Source of the DNA: Bugula neritina
Lineage: Eukaryota; Animalia; Bryozoa
DNA length: 64,000 bases
Assembly: GCA_964035545.1 (NCBI GenBank)
Contig: OZ037765.1
Span: 1,302,001 to 1,366,000, forward strand
Reading direction: 5' to 3'
This document shows, in pieces, positions 33,590-45,302 of this stretch (position 1 is the first letter of the stretch; the number at the start of each line of letters is the position of its first letter). Below the pieces are notes generated by a model. That model had not been told where the DNA came from, made no database searches, and saw only the letters and a list, made by a program, of their open reading frames with translations. The position numbers and the translations under genes were made by a program.

Positions 33590-34008
33590 AGGCTATAGAC
33601 ATAGTTATAGTAATTAGAATAGTAATACTAATACTAATACTAATAGTAATAATGACACTAGCACTCACACACTCATAGTGACACTGAATCTCAGTCTGAC
33701 ACCAGCAGTCACAGTGATAATGATATTCACATTCACATTGCCTATTACTATTAGTATTACTATTAGTATTACACTTAGTATTGCTAATTCTAATTGCTAA
33801 TTGCTAATAGTGATACTAATAGTAATAGGCAATGTGAATGAGAATATTAATATCACTGTGACTGTCGGTGTCAGACTGAGATTCCGTGTCAGTGTCACTG
33901 TGAGTGTGTGAGTCACAGTGACTCGCCACTCAGTGAGTGTCACTATTAGTATTAGTATTAGTATTACTATTAGTATTATAATTACTATAACTTAAACTAT
34001 AGCCTATA
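33590..34008. repeat. Imperfect long inverted repeat (fold-back), arms about 170-200 bp
   Basis: Left arm ...gaatctcagtctgacacc.gcagtcacagtgataatgatattcacattcacattgcctattactattag is reverse-complemented by ctaatagtaataggcaatgtgaatgagaatattaatatcactgtgactgtcggtgtcagactgagattc... Confidence 0.85.
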
Positions 34009-35673
34009 CTTATACTTATAGCTATAGTAATTGTAAATGTAACAGTATAAGACTAAGTATTACTATTAGTAATACTATTAGTATTACTCACTATTAGTAT
34101 TAGTTTTAGTATTACTTATTACTATTAGTATTAGACTTAGTATTACTGTTAATGTTATTACTTATTAGTATTAGTATTACTATTAGTATTACAGTAATAC
34201 TATTAGATTTAGTATAACTTATACTAATAACTATAAATATTACTATGTCTATTGGCAAAAAAATAAAAGTACACTTGAAATTTATTTACTTTTTTATAAC
34301 AAATTCAAGGAATTTTAATTCTCAACGAGACGGACAAAATATGAATGAGAGATAATAACTCCTAGATTTGTCGCATGTAATTTATGTCGCTTGTGTGAAC
34401 AGATAACTCCGAGACTGTTTTCAAGCCCATTCAAGGTCAAAGGTGAAAATGGAGGAACCGAGTGAGTCACAACTGACAGTGACAGTAACGCTCAATTTGA
34501 ATTGTATCAAAATAGTTCATCTAGTTAATATCAGCACAAACAATAAACCCTACAGTTTAAGTCCAACGTAAATTGGAATTTTGTATTGCGATAATGAACA
34601 TTGTTGTTACCATTATACTTATAGAAATAGCATTAATTGCAATAACAATAATGAATAAACAATAGCATTAACTGTTAAGTTTAACTCATTAACTTTAACT
34701 TTAAGTGATTAACAATAACTTAATCTTATAACATTAACTGTGATGGTTCACGAAATCGAACATTTGATTTTCATTTTGATTCAATTTTTATTTTATCATT
34801 TATGATTTACAAATGCATTATGATTGTAATTATTATAATGATTGCAGATTCAGATTGTGATTGTTAATTAACTTATAAATATAAGTTTTAACTCGAAGCC
34901 TAAAGTTATAACTAGTAGTAGTAACTTTTAGTATTAACTACAACTAGTACAAGTAAATAAGGAATATCAATATGAATAAGTAACAATAAGTGTAACACTA
35001 TCCTGTCAGTGACTATCAGTATCACTATCAGTGTGGCAATTATGATCAGGATAGTAATCATCACCATGATTATCATTATCAGCATGCTATATCGAGTAAC
35101 ATTGACTTTTGAGTTCATGTATGAGCTGTTAATTACCTAGTTTAACTGAGCAACTTATACCTATACTATTAGTAGTAAGTCTTAAGAATTGTTTATAGCT
35201 ACAGGCCAAGTATATCTACACTGGTGATGACTATTTTCATATCAATTGAATTTTTTATAACACCCTGTCTAAAGGTAAGTTATTGACCGAGTAAAAGTTT
35301 TAGTAGTAAATAATTGAGGAATAACAATCATTTATCTGACCATGTTATACATTATAATTCATACGAATTGATTGATTTAAAAATAATATTAGTAATATTA
35401 TTGGAACAACTTTCGATGAGAGTTATGGTAGATGTTATGATGTAGTTATTTATTTGTTCGTTTGGTAATCAGTTTACACAGTCATACCGTCAGCTTGTTC
35501 AAATTTCTATTTGTTTTGTATTACTTTTACTCCTAGTAGTACCAATTCTAAATTGCTTTCTGCTTTTTTCCAGCATCCATGTCAATTGAATTTAGTTTAA
35601 ATTAATTTAAACTGATTTCAGAAGCTTTAATTTTTATTATCTAATAGATTGATTGATTCCACATCATCACAAC

Positions 35674-38600
35674 ATGGGCGAAGAATCAACCTTTAAGATC
35701 ATTGGTGTTTTTGTCCTGGTTATTGTGGGCGGAGTCATAGGATTAATCTGCGCTAGTTTCTCTGATCTGCAGTTTTATGAGGTTCGTTTCTTTCAACAAT
35801 AGATACTCCTTGTATTGTCTGCTGCTGCTATAACTATGTCGCCGAAACTTCTGGAACTAATAAAATGTTTCACTGCCAAATTATACAGTGATTTAAAAAA
35901 AAATTAGTTTAAATGTAAAAATTGGGTATATTCACAGCTTGCATTCAACATGACTCTTGGGATATTATTTCGGTCAGCTTTTAGTACTGTACTATTTTAC
36001 ATATAAATTTCACCATAATCTGCTGTTTTTATTTCATATGAAATTATAATAAGCATATTACTAATACTGTTTACTAAAATACAAATCAATCTTGGGTCCA
36101 TTGCATACAAGTCAGCTCCATTTCTTGGGCATAAAATAACGTAAGCAAATTTAGGTATTCGTTTCATGAATTGTTTTTAATGGTATTCTTGTAATTTTGT
36201 TTTCAATAAATGTTTAAGCCCAGTTTAATATTTTTTTAATTTTTTTAGCAAGTGTTTGCCTATCTTTTCAGATGGGTTTCTCGAAATCCAAGACCACTGG
36301 TGCTGTAAACACTGCGGTGGTATACAAAGGTGGGAGGCGGTGGATCGGGCCGGACAAGACATTCAAGATATTCGATGCTTCGGCTCACGACATCACTTTA
36401 GACGACATCTCTGTGTTTGCAGCTACAGATCAGGTGATTGTACCTCTAGCAGTCTAGCTCTTCTCCTTGCGATGTTAATTTATGTTAATTGTGATCAGGG
36501 TTGATTTATATAGCTGACAATTAAGAAATTTTACATTTTTAAATGTAATATTTCCTAATTCCCAAACAGGACAAAGCGGATATAGTTGAGAGTAGAATTA
36601 AGAAATTACACTGCTTTTATTGCTTTTTATGCAATTTGAATGACTCAACAGTTTAAATATTTTCATAAAATTAAATGAGTTTTGCAGTTTATTGGAAAGT
36701 TGTTGAAATTGTCTTTCCTTATTTTTAGTTTTTCCAATAACGAACACAGGTTTCTTAACTTAACATAATTGCAATGTTTACACTAATGAGATATATAGAG
36801 GCTAGGAATAAACATTCAAACATTAAACCTACTCTGACACCTGCTATGTTTAATCTATCAGAGAATATCCGATTGGCCAGAGGTGTAATATGGCAGGTAG
36901 AGCAGGTGGGTATTCAGCCCTGTTCAAATAGCCTACTGCATGCTGTCTCTCACCTTGTTGTCTGTTCACATAGTATATTTGTTGAAATCATCTAATATTT
37001 TTTATTTCAGTGAAAAATATGATAAAACAAAGGCTAAACTTTTAATCCAAAGCCTTGAGCATTTAAAATGGAAAATCTAATGTTTGTTTCAATACATGCT
37101 TAATTTAATTTTCGAAATAAACAATTTAACTCTATTTAGCTAAAATTTTTAAAATGCACATTTTATAATCTAGAAGAACCAGAAGGATTTAAGATATTAT
37201 TTAATATTTCATTTATGTATGCTTTGCCCTTATCTATCCCAAAGTTTATTATTTTAATGTTGATATTTTTTGAGTTGGATTTTTAATTATTGTTAAAGTG
37301 ACAAAATGTTAGAGAATTTTTAGACTTAGTTAAGCGAAGTGAATAATAAAAGTTATTATTATGTACAGGTTGTGTCACTGTCCACCATAGTTGGCAGGTA
37401 AATTTCTGCTCTTTAAACGGTGTTGCTTGGGACAGCTATACCCAATGCCTGCTAATTTTGTCCTTATGTACTGTTATGGGTCACAGTTTTTTAGCTCTTC
37501 CGCTTTTAACACTTTTTGCTTTTTTGCACATGTGTTGGTTGCGTAAAAATACTTGTAAAGGTGAAAGTTGAGCAAACCACTCAACTGATGTGTCAATACC
37601 TGTCATTACCTGTCAACACTTGCCAATACTTGTCAATACCTGTCAATACTTGTCAAAGCTTTTCAATACTGATTCAGTTTGTATTTTATTTATGCTTGCT
37701 ATATTATGATTACCACAAGCCTGGAAGTCAATGGTACAATTATATTACAATGCTAGCTTTGGGATTTGAGCCCTCATTGCTTTAGCATTTTCTAGAAAAC
37801 TGTTAGAAAACTAGTTGTGATGTTCCAACTGAGTTCACATCCTTCTGCATCAAGCTACAACTGCTCACTGCTACAACTAATTCAAGTGATAATAACATGG
37901 GAGAAGTTGTTGTCTCTAGAAAGGTGGGGGGGGGGGTGAACCCTTTCAGTAACCAACTTTCATTAGCTATATTTCATGTTGGTTACAATGTGCAACCAAA
38001 AATTATCCCAGTAAAGTAAACTCATTGGCTGTCTACTTTCCAAAGGGCAGATAACTCTACACTGTAGTTTGATTTTAGCCTCACTGCAGGCAAAGGTTTA
38101 TCTCATCAACTACAGTACTCCCAGTATATTCAATGTGTGCTGTGATGTTAGACTAAAACTAAACAATATTAATCCAATAGAGATTTACTAGTATTGCTTG
38201 ATATTATTTAATTGTTCAGTAACTGTTTGTGACATCATCTCTTCCTCTGTCTTAGTATTGTTATGTAACTCTTCTCTTGAATAATACTCCTTGTTATTTC
38301 ATATGTGTTTACCTGCCTCATATCTTTCAGGATAACTCTAATAGTGACAGTGATGGGTCGACAGGGGCAGCTCTTGTGGTAAGATCTGAGTCTATATTCA
38401 TAGCTTGTGTTCCATACAGGCATTTGTAGTGTGACTTTACTATAGTGAGAACATTAGTAAACACTTCTGGAGAGGGTGAAGTGATTGAAAATATTTTTTA
38501 ATACATGACATAATTTGCTGCTTATATTTATGGTCAGTAAAGTTTACTACTTGTGTTTTGTAATTAAATCTGAAAATGTAGATCTAATGAAATTTGGGTA

Positions 38601-40412
38601 ACGAAACCGATTATGTGAATTATTTCACGGAAGTAGTTGAAATTGGAAAGATTATGAGATTCTGTGTGTAGCTGGAGTCGTGTGTTCATGTTGCAGATAC
38701 AAGTTAGTGTGACAATTACCTACTTCCTGATACCTGAGTATCTGAAGCTGCTGCATGATGAGTACGACGTGAATTATGAGAGCATCATAGAGAGCAGTGC
38801 TCAGGCCGCCATTAAAGTAAGTACGGTTGGTAACTGAGGTAAGGTAAATACAGTTTCTAAGTAAGTTAAGGTAAGTAAGTTAAGTGAAAAGGTTATGCCG
38901 GGTCTCTAGAGTCACATTCAACATTTCATTTGATGTCTAAGATTGGCAGTTAGTTTTATTCCCCCTCAGCTTCTCCCAGCACCCCCTGACTACACTCCTT
39001 TTAACGGAGCTATTTGCTGTCTGCTATTAAGCATTTTATTCTATTCTGATTGTGGCTGCCGCTACGAGTCATGATTTGTGACGTGAGCACCTTGCTGGGA
39101 TGCTGGGAGAAGGTAATTCCAAACAACCTTTGATATTACCTCGTGTCATCCCAAACTCAACTCTTACAGGCTATGTGTACGTTAGCTTGGAGTAATTTGT
39201 TAGAATAATGCAGATAAGTTTTATTCTCCTGTCGACTGAAATTAGTTCCACGTTTCAGGACATTTCCAGTACATTCACTCTGAAGCAGTTCTACCAGGAT
39301 AGAGAGAACGTTGAGACAGAGCTACTGTACGAAGTACAACGGAGACTCGGGGGTATCTGTTGCCCCCTCAAATGTCCAGGCAAGCTAGATTAGTAACTTA
39401 GGTTATTTTAACCAATAAATAGACTCAGTTTCTGCCAGTTTAAACTCAACTTGTTGAGAGTAGAGTGAATTGCTTATAAAGTGTGTTTTCCTACTCAATT
39501 ACAGGGCAAATCTGTTTTGACGATTGCGTAAATGCTACAAACTGTACGAACGCCGATAAGGGGCTGTTTGTCGAAGCCCGCTATCTGCAGATGACTGATT
39601 TAAAGATCCCGTATGAAGTGGAGCAGAGAAACCTCAAAACTCTGATTATAACAGAAGAAACTGCCAAGGAGAGTTTCACACAGCAAGCTGCTGTAATTGA
39701 GAAAGAGACGGAGCAGAAGGTGAGTTGTCTTCTCTTTATGTTTTATAATAATTTGAATGCACAACTCCAAGTTGACAAATATATTGCCAACACACTGTTG
39801 TGAGTCGTCCCCTCTCAACATATTGCTGTGAGTTGTCCCCTCTCAACACAGTGTTGTGAGTTGTCTCCTCTCAACATACTGTTGTGTTTCAGGTTCAGCA
39901 GATTAAAAACAGTGCCTTAGAAGTGACTGCCAACTCAACAGCTCAGGCAGCCTTGATTGCTGCCAAATCTCAAGCTTCTTACAGGGTAACTATCTTATAT
40001 TACAGAGTAGCTATCTTATATTACAGAGTAACTATCTTATATTACAGAGTAGCTATCTTATATTACAGGGTAACTATCTTATATTACAGAGTAACTATCT
40101 TATATTACAGAGTAACTATCTTATATTACACAGTAGCTATCTTATATTACACAGTAACTATCTTATATTACAGAGTAACTATCTTATATTACACAGTAAC
40201 TATCTTATATTACAGAGTTTGATTACCATTTTTAGCAAATTCTGGAAGCTGCCAGAAGAGAAGGACTGATGACTCTGTTTGCCTCGACTGGACTTTCAAC
40301 TGTTGAACACAAGAATTCCTTTGATTATCTCCGATCTTTAGCAGACAACTCCAATGCTCATCTCACCGTAGATTTTGATCAGCTGATTATGGGACCTACT
40401 AAACTACCTTAA
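35674..40412 (+). CDS. SPFH/Band-7 domain protein paralog B
   Basis: Exons 35674-35781, 36272-36433, 38331-38378, 38697-38816, 39259-39379 (GC donor), 39505-39719, 39893-39985, 40236-40412; same architecture as paralog A, ending ...DQLIMGPTKLP*. Confidence 0.82.
39979..40218 (+). repeat. 21-bp minisatellite GTAACTATCTTATATTACAGR x11 at the donor of SPFH-B intron 7
   Basis: Visible tandem array starting in the exon end TTACAGG|GTAACT. Confidence 0.93.
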
Positions 40413-40972
40413 CTATTGAGTTAATAAAAGTCTTTCCTCAGTTGACTTGTAACTTTGATTTGTAATTGTGTGTTAACTTTGATAATCATTATTTGAATTT
40501 TGTTGATCAAAATGTGTCTCGCTCTTTTTGAGATTATTCATTGTGGACTTTATTTCTATCGATATTTGTAGTGTTTTTTATCTTTATTTCTATTTTATTT
40601 TCTATTTATAATAATCTCTCAGCTGTATTCTGCATAAGTTACTCATTTTTTTTATGAGTTATCAAGTTTTCTAATAATTTTCCTTAATTCTCGTTGCTAA
40701 AATCATGTGATTGCAAGTTGTCATTTTCTTGGTCAGTATTTTTACTTGATAATAAAATCAGGTTTGCAAGCAAAGAGCAATTCTTTGAATGCTCATTTTA
40801 TTGCCTTGTATTATTTTATTGTGATGGTTTTTAAACAATGCGTATTAATCACTGCAACAACAATTTTATTATTGGTCAAAAAATAATATTAAAAAAAAAT
40901 CAACTTGAGGAGTTGTGCTCTTGCAACAATGCTGTAAATTTTTATTTAAGTTCTAACTGGGCTCACTACCAC

Positions 40973-40999
40973 GTTTCTTGGCGACGCATTAACTTCCGG
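40973..40999 (+). promoter_or_regulatory. Candidate promoter of the CNBD1-like gene: X-box-like GTTTCTTGGCGAC plus ETS-like ACTTCCGG
   Basis: Motif resemblance to the RFX X-box and ETS core in a short CpG-containing patch upstream of a cilia/sperm-type gene. Inference only. Confidence 0.35.
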
Positions 41000-41733
41000 C
41001 TACCCATGCGTGTTGAAATTAGAAATTCGAGTCTAGTTACTCGTAATTGGTGCTAGTAGTTGAATTACATATTTATAATTACAGCCAGCTTGGCGTAAAT
41101 CTACTAAATGCCTAACTTAGCAATTTATAAGTATTTGCTGAAAAATGAGTTAAAAAACTAATTTCATAGTTCACTTGAATCATCGAACTGGACTTAGATA
41201 ATGATGAGATGATATGAATCGCTGTAACTAACTCAGCATCAGTACGACTATTACTATGACATTGACTATGAGTATCAGTATGACTGTATCACTATCAGTG
41301 CATCAGTATGAGTATAACTATAAGTTAAAATATAAAACTAAGGGACATAAAATTTTCACAGTCAACATAGTACTAGTAGTTATACTGATATTATTAAAGT
41401 ATTATATTGATATTATTTATTTATCATTGATTAAGGTTATTACAACAATCACATTCAAGTTTTATTAGTAAAATTATAGTTTAAGTTATGACAATAATAC
41501 TAATGCTCATGCTGATACTATGATAACAATAATTTTTATCTTTGTTATTCCGATATTTATAAATATTAGTTTATGATTAAATTTGTCAATTTTCTGGCTA
41601 TTTCTATTAATATTACTACTTGTTGTTTAGTAATACTAATAGTAGTACTCATAGGCCACAGGGTCTAATAATGCTGATGTTATCACTTTATGTCATTATG
41701 ATCACTACTACGACTATAACGATAGTGAAATAT

Positions 41734-42086
41734 TGTAGTGAGTAGTGCAAAGTACAAATACGGGAATCGCCCTCTCCCTACTCTTGGAATACTTAGACCC
41801 TTATGTAGCAACCAATTAGCAGCTCCGGAAGATATGCTTCCGATTCACGTGACACTTCCCGGGTTATTAACATTATACCACGTTGTTGTAAGCGGAGGCT
41901 TGTAGTAGTAACATGTGTTAGTAGTTGACTCTTGTATAGGATAATTTGATGTGATGTTTGGTTTATGCTTTATTGTGGATAATAAATATAATTACTCGAC
42001 AGCTACCCTAGTAATTGATAACAGAATAACCAGCTAACTATACGCAAGTAAATAACTCACGCTCAGTAATTGCACAAATTACTACA
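41734..42086 (+). repeat. 5' LTR (353 bp)
   Basis: Identical to 46658-47010 except C41772 vs T46696; AATAAA at 41981. Confidence 0.97.
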
Positions 42087-42087
42087 G

Positions 42088-42105
42088 TGGTGGCAGCGGT
42101 GGAAT
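42088..42105 (+). promoter_or_regulatory. Primer-binding site complementary to the tRNA-Leu 3' end
   Basis: TGGTGGCAGCGGTGGAAT one base after the LTR; complementary to the CCA-tailed metazoan tRNA-Leu end (...AUCCCACCGCUGCCACCA) over 15 contiguous nt. Confidence 0.85.
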
Positions 42106-42121
42106 CTTGCGTATAGCAGTC

Positions 42122-43072
42122 ATGGCAGAAGACGGCACGGAGCTACCCATTCCACTGAATGAAGGTGAGAGAGATAATGTTGATATACCTGTGGAACCAG
42201 TGGTGTTAGATGAAGAAGTGAGAATTCTTAGAGAGTATGGTGAAGACAGATACCGGATGAAGGCGCCCACCTTCGCAGGCGAAGAAGCAGTGGAGCAGTT
42301 TATCCAAATATTCCAAGATGTGATGGAGATTTCAGAGTGGCCGCCAAGGGTGGCGCTGCTCAAGCTCAGGATGGCGCTGACGGGCAAAGCTAAGCCGTAC
42401 GGAGCGGGACCTGACATAGACGGAATCTTTGCTTCCCTGCGGGCCCGTTTTGGCATCTCTCCCATAGATGCGCGGGCCCGTCTACAGAGGATGCGGCGTG
42501 ATCCTCACACGTCACTAGAAGAGCACGCTGCCACGGTGTACCCACTAGCGCAGATTGCATTCCGCGATCTGCCTCCGGTACACCGTGAGAGGTATACTTA
42601 TGATGCCTTCGTGCAGTCCATCAACGACTTGGGGCTCCACCATCAACTCCAAGCGAGGGGAGTCACCACAGTCGAAGATGCACTTGCGGTGGGAGAAGCC
42701 TACCTCTTGGCGACTCATATGCACCGCAACGCCGTGGCCTCCCGCCAGGTGACCACGGAGCACTCTACTGCTCACGCCGAATTAGACGCGGAACCCTCCG
42801 CGGTGGCTAATGTGAACCAGATGTCACTAGCGTCAAAAATCTCACAGATGACTGACATGCTAGATAAACTGGTCACCACATTAGCTTCCCCAAGCCAGGT
42901 AGATACTGCCCGTGAGCCTAGCGGGCCGCAGGTACAATCACCAGGCATGGGGCACCACTTCTGCTGGGAATGCGGAAGGCCAGGACATTTCCAGAGAGAC
43001 TGCCCTCAGCTCCCACAAGGGTTAAACTACCACGGCCCGCAGATGTTCCCACCTCCTGCGGGCCGTCTGTGA
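42122..43072 (+). CDS. gag: Gag (capsid-like region plus CCHC zinc knuckle)
   Basis: ATG at 42122; KAPTFAGEEAVEQF...W...ALTGKA capsid-like motif; CWECGRPGHFQRDC = CX2CX4HX4C at 42962-43003. Confidence 0.9.
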   Translation: MAEDGTELPIPLNEGERDNVDIPVEPVVLDEEVRILREYGEDRYRMKAPTFAGEEAVEQFIQIFQDVMEISEWPPRVALLKLRMALTGKAKPYGAGPDIDGIFASLRARFGISPIDARARLQRMRRDPHTSLEEHAATVYPLAQIAFRDLPPVHRERYTYDAFVQSINDLGLHHQLQARGVTTVEDALAVGEAYLLATHMHRNAVASRQVTTEHSTAHAELDAEPSAVANVNQMSLASKISQMTDMLDKLVTTLASPSQVDTAREPSGPQVQSPGMGHHFCWECGRPGHFQRDCPQLPQGLNYHGPQMFPPPAGRL

Positions 43073-45279
43073 ATCACCCAGGGAGGCCCGCGCGTCTGTC
43101 GCCCCGCTGGGCGCCGCGCGGAGATGCTGTGAAGTGGCGACCCCCGCGGCAAGTAGGCTCCAGCCACTCGCCACCTGGGTCCTCTACGCCACTCCGGCAC
43201 CAACACGGAACCGGCAGACGGTTGACCACAGAGCCTGCGAGGGAAACGGTACAGGCGCCGCAAGGCGTACCGCCCCAACCTCGGCAGCTGGTCAATAGTC
43301 GCCGCCAACCGTGGACCCCTCGACCCACAGCGAGGGAGGTGCAACCACGGCACACACAATTGCAGCCACACGGAAGTAGCTACTTCCTACCAGGAAAGCT
43401 AGCCGGCAAGCCTGCCAACTTCCTCCTGGACTCAGGCTGCACCACCAACCTCCTTAGCCGTCAGTTCTTTGACACCCTCAGCGCTAAGGTCAAGGACAGG
43501 TTGGCACCGTATGAGGGGGATCATGGCACCCTGGCAGACGGGTCATGCATTCCCTTCTACGGCATTATTGAGCTAACTGGTTACGTCCGTAACCAGGCCA
43601 TCCAAGAGACGTTTATCGTCGGGCAGCTCAACGAGGATGCTATCCTCGGGATGCCATTCTTACAACGACACGGTTGTCGCATCGATTTCAGTAAATCTGC
43701 GATGATCATGGGCGGCAAGGAGCTCGCTTGTGTCGATAAGTTTGGTCGTCCTCTAGCGGGAGCAGTGCAGGTAGTACGGAGCTGTACTATACCAGGCCAC
43801 TCCCGGGCTACCGTCCGCTGCAAGGTAGACGGTGGCCAAACCTCTAAGTTGGAAGTTGTCGAAAGTACGCACTCGAGAGTCCAACTTGCCCATAGCTTTA
43901 GCCGGCTTACGGGACAAGGAGAGATCTCAGTGCAGTGTGTCAACCCCTTCTCAGAGACAGTAGACCTACCACCCAGATCCATGCTGGGTCGCTTCCATCC
44001 TGTCCAGGAGGAAGCCATTGGGCCGTCGTCGGGAGCTACGACGGAAGGTCCTCAGCAGAGCCCGTCTCGAGGGCGGAGGACCGTCCCAACCCACGCCTCC
44101 CCTCCTCCAGGGACGCGTGGCTGCACAGGCAACGGGAAGCGCCAGGCTATGGCTAGGTTGCCACATGGGTACAGTGAGGCGTTCCGCCACACAGACCACG
44201 GAGCCCGCCTAAATAGAGCAGGCTGCCGTGAGGTACCACGGGCGGCGAGGACCGCCCCTGCTCAGCTACTCCAACAGAGGGCTGACACGCCCCCGGAGGC
44301 TGTCCAGAGCCTCCGCGCCAAACCTGTATGGGCTGGTAACGTTAGGGAGCTGCCGAAGCTCCAGGAATGCCTTCCTGGGGTGGTAGCCGACGTGTACCGA
44401 GCGAAACAGGAAGGGCGACGACCCAGTAGTACACAACGGCGACAGGGATGCGCCGAGTTACGGCTGTACTGTCAACGTTGGAGCTCTCTGCGGGTCGGGC
44501 CAGATGGTCTGCTGACCATGACCTTGGCCGCCAACAGCAGACAGCCAGCCAGGAAGAGGGTTGTCTGCCCAGTTGCCATCCGCCGGAAGTTGATACAAGA
44601 CACCCACGAGGAGACTCACGGAGGAGTCCAAGGGGTGGTCACCAAGCTACAACTCCGGTGGTACTGGCCCAACATGGAACGGGATATCCGACGCAGAGTG
44701 AGACGGTGCAAAGTCTGCCAGACCAACAAGCATAGCCGTCTCCCTGGTGAAGCAGGGCGGCAGACGCATTGTGCGAGAAGGTCTCGGCAGGCGGAGACTG
44801 TCAACCTGGCCGGAAACACCTCCATGACACGTCAGGAAGACTTGGCGAGGCGAGAAAGGCCACTTCCGTCCTTGAAAGTGCGCCCACCACCCCCAACGTC
44901 AAGCCTGCCATCATCACCACTTCCGGAGCCAGAAACAGGTCCGGAAGTGCAAAAACCCCCCGTGGGAGGGGCTCCGCAAGGAGATACCAACATAGGACCA
45001 GGACCACACACTAGGCAACTTCCAGCGTGTCTCAGAGACTGTGTACGTGACCGCGGTATAAGCGGCAGTAACAAAAGTCTAGAGAGGCCTCGCATGGGAA
45101 AACAGGCAAAGAGCCGTGGGAGTTGTGATCACCACGAAAATCTCAACTTTTGCCTCGGCGGAATCTCACACGAGATTCATCCGCTGGAAGTGAAAAGCCC
45201 TAGTCACGTTTCACAACCACGCTGTCCGGTCTTTTCCTATGTTGATGCAGTCGAGAGTAGACGTGCCAGTAAACAGTAA
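42970..45279 (+). CDS. pol: Internally deleted Pol: aspartic protease plus integrase HHCC zinc finger, no RT/RNase H/DDE core
   Basis: FLLDSGCTTNLL...AILGMPFL (retropepsin); HEETHGG...WYWPNM...CKVC (integrase zinc-binding). No YxDD, RNase H or DD35E motifs in the 769 codons. Confidence 0.85.
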   Translation: MRKARTFPERLPSAPTRVKLPRPADVPTSCGPSVNHPGRPARLSPRWAPRGDAVKWRPPRQVGSSHSPPGSSTPLRHQHGTGRRLTTEPARETVQAPQGVPPQPRQLVNSRRQPWTPRPTAREVQPRHTQLQPHGSSYFLPGKLAGKPANFLLDSGCTTNLLSRQFFDTLSAKVKDRLAPYEGDHGTLADGSCIPFYGIIELTGYVRNQAIQETFIVGQLNEDAILGMPFLQRHGCRIDFSKSAMIMGGKELACVDKFGRPLAGAVQVVRSCTIPGHSRATVRCKVDGGQTSKLEVVESTHSRVQLAHSFSRLTGQGEISVQCVNPFSETVDLPPRSMLGRFHPVQEEAIGPSSGATTEGPQQSPSRGRRTVPTHASPPPGTRGCTGNGKRQAMARLPHGYSEAFRHTDHGARLNRAGCREVPRAARTAPAQLLQQRADTPPEAVQSLRAKPVWAGNVRELPKLQECLPGVVADVYRAKQEGRRPSSTQRRQGCAELRLYCQRWSSLRVGPDGLLTMTLAANSRQPARKRVVCPVAIRRKLIQDTHEETHGGVQGVVTKLQLRWYWPNMERDIRRRVRRCKVCQTNKHSRLPGEAGRQTHCARRSRQAETVNLAGNTSMTRQEDLARRERPLPSLKVRPPPPTSSLPSSPLPEPETGPEVQKPPVGGAPQGDTNIGPGPHTRQLPACLRDCVRDRGISGSNKSLERPRMGKQAKSRGSCDHHENLNFCLGGISHEIHPLEVKSPSHVSQPRCPVFSYVDAVESRRASKQ
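43021..43066 (+). promoter_or_regulatory. Programmed -1 ribosomal frameshift signal (G UUA AAC plus stem-loop)
   Basis: Heptamer GTTAAAC in the gag frame within the gag/ORF2 overlap (ORF2 is in the -1 frame), followed 4 nt later by a perfect 11-bp stem ACGGCCCGCAG/CTGCGGGCCGT. Confidence 0.8.
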
Positions 45280-45302
45280 TCATTTACCACTCTCATTCCA
45301 AA

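Noticed and set aside
42107-45279. Domesticated gag-protease host gene (PEG10/RTL-like)
   Set aside because: Near-identical LTRs, TSD, PBS and PPT show recent retrotransposition rather than domestication.
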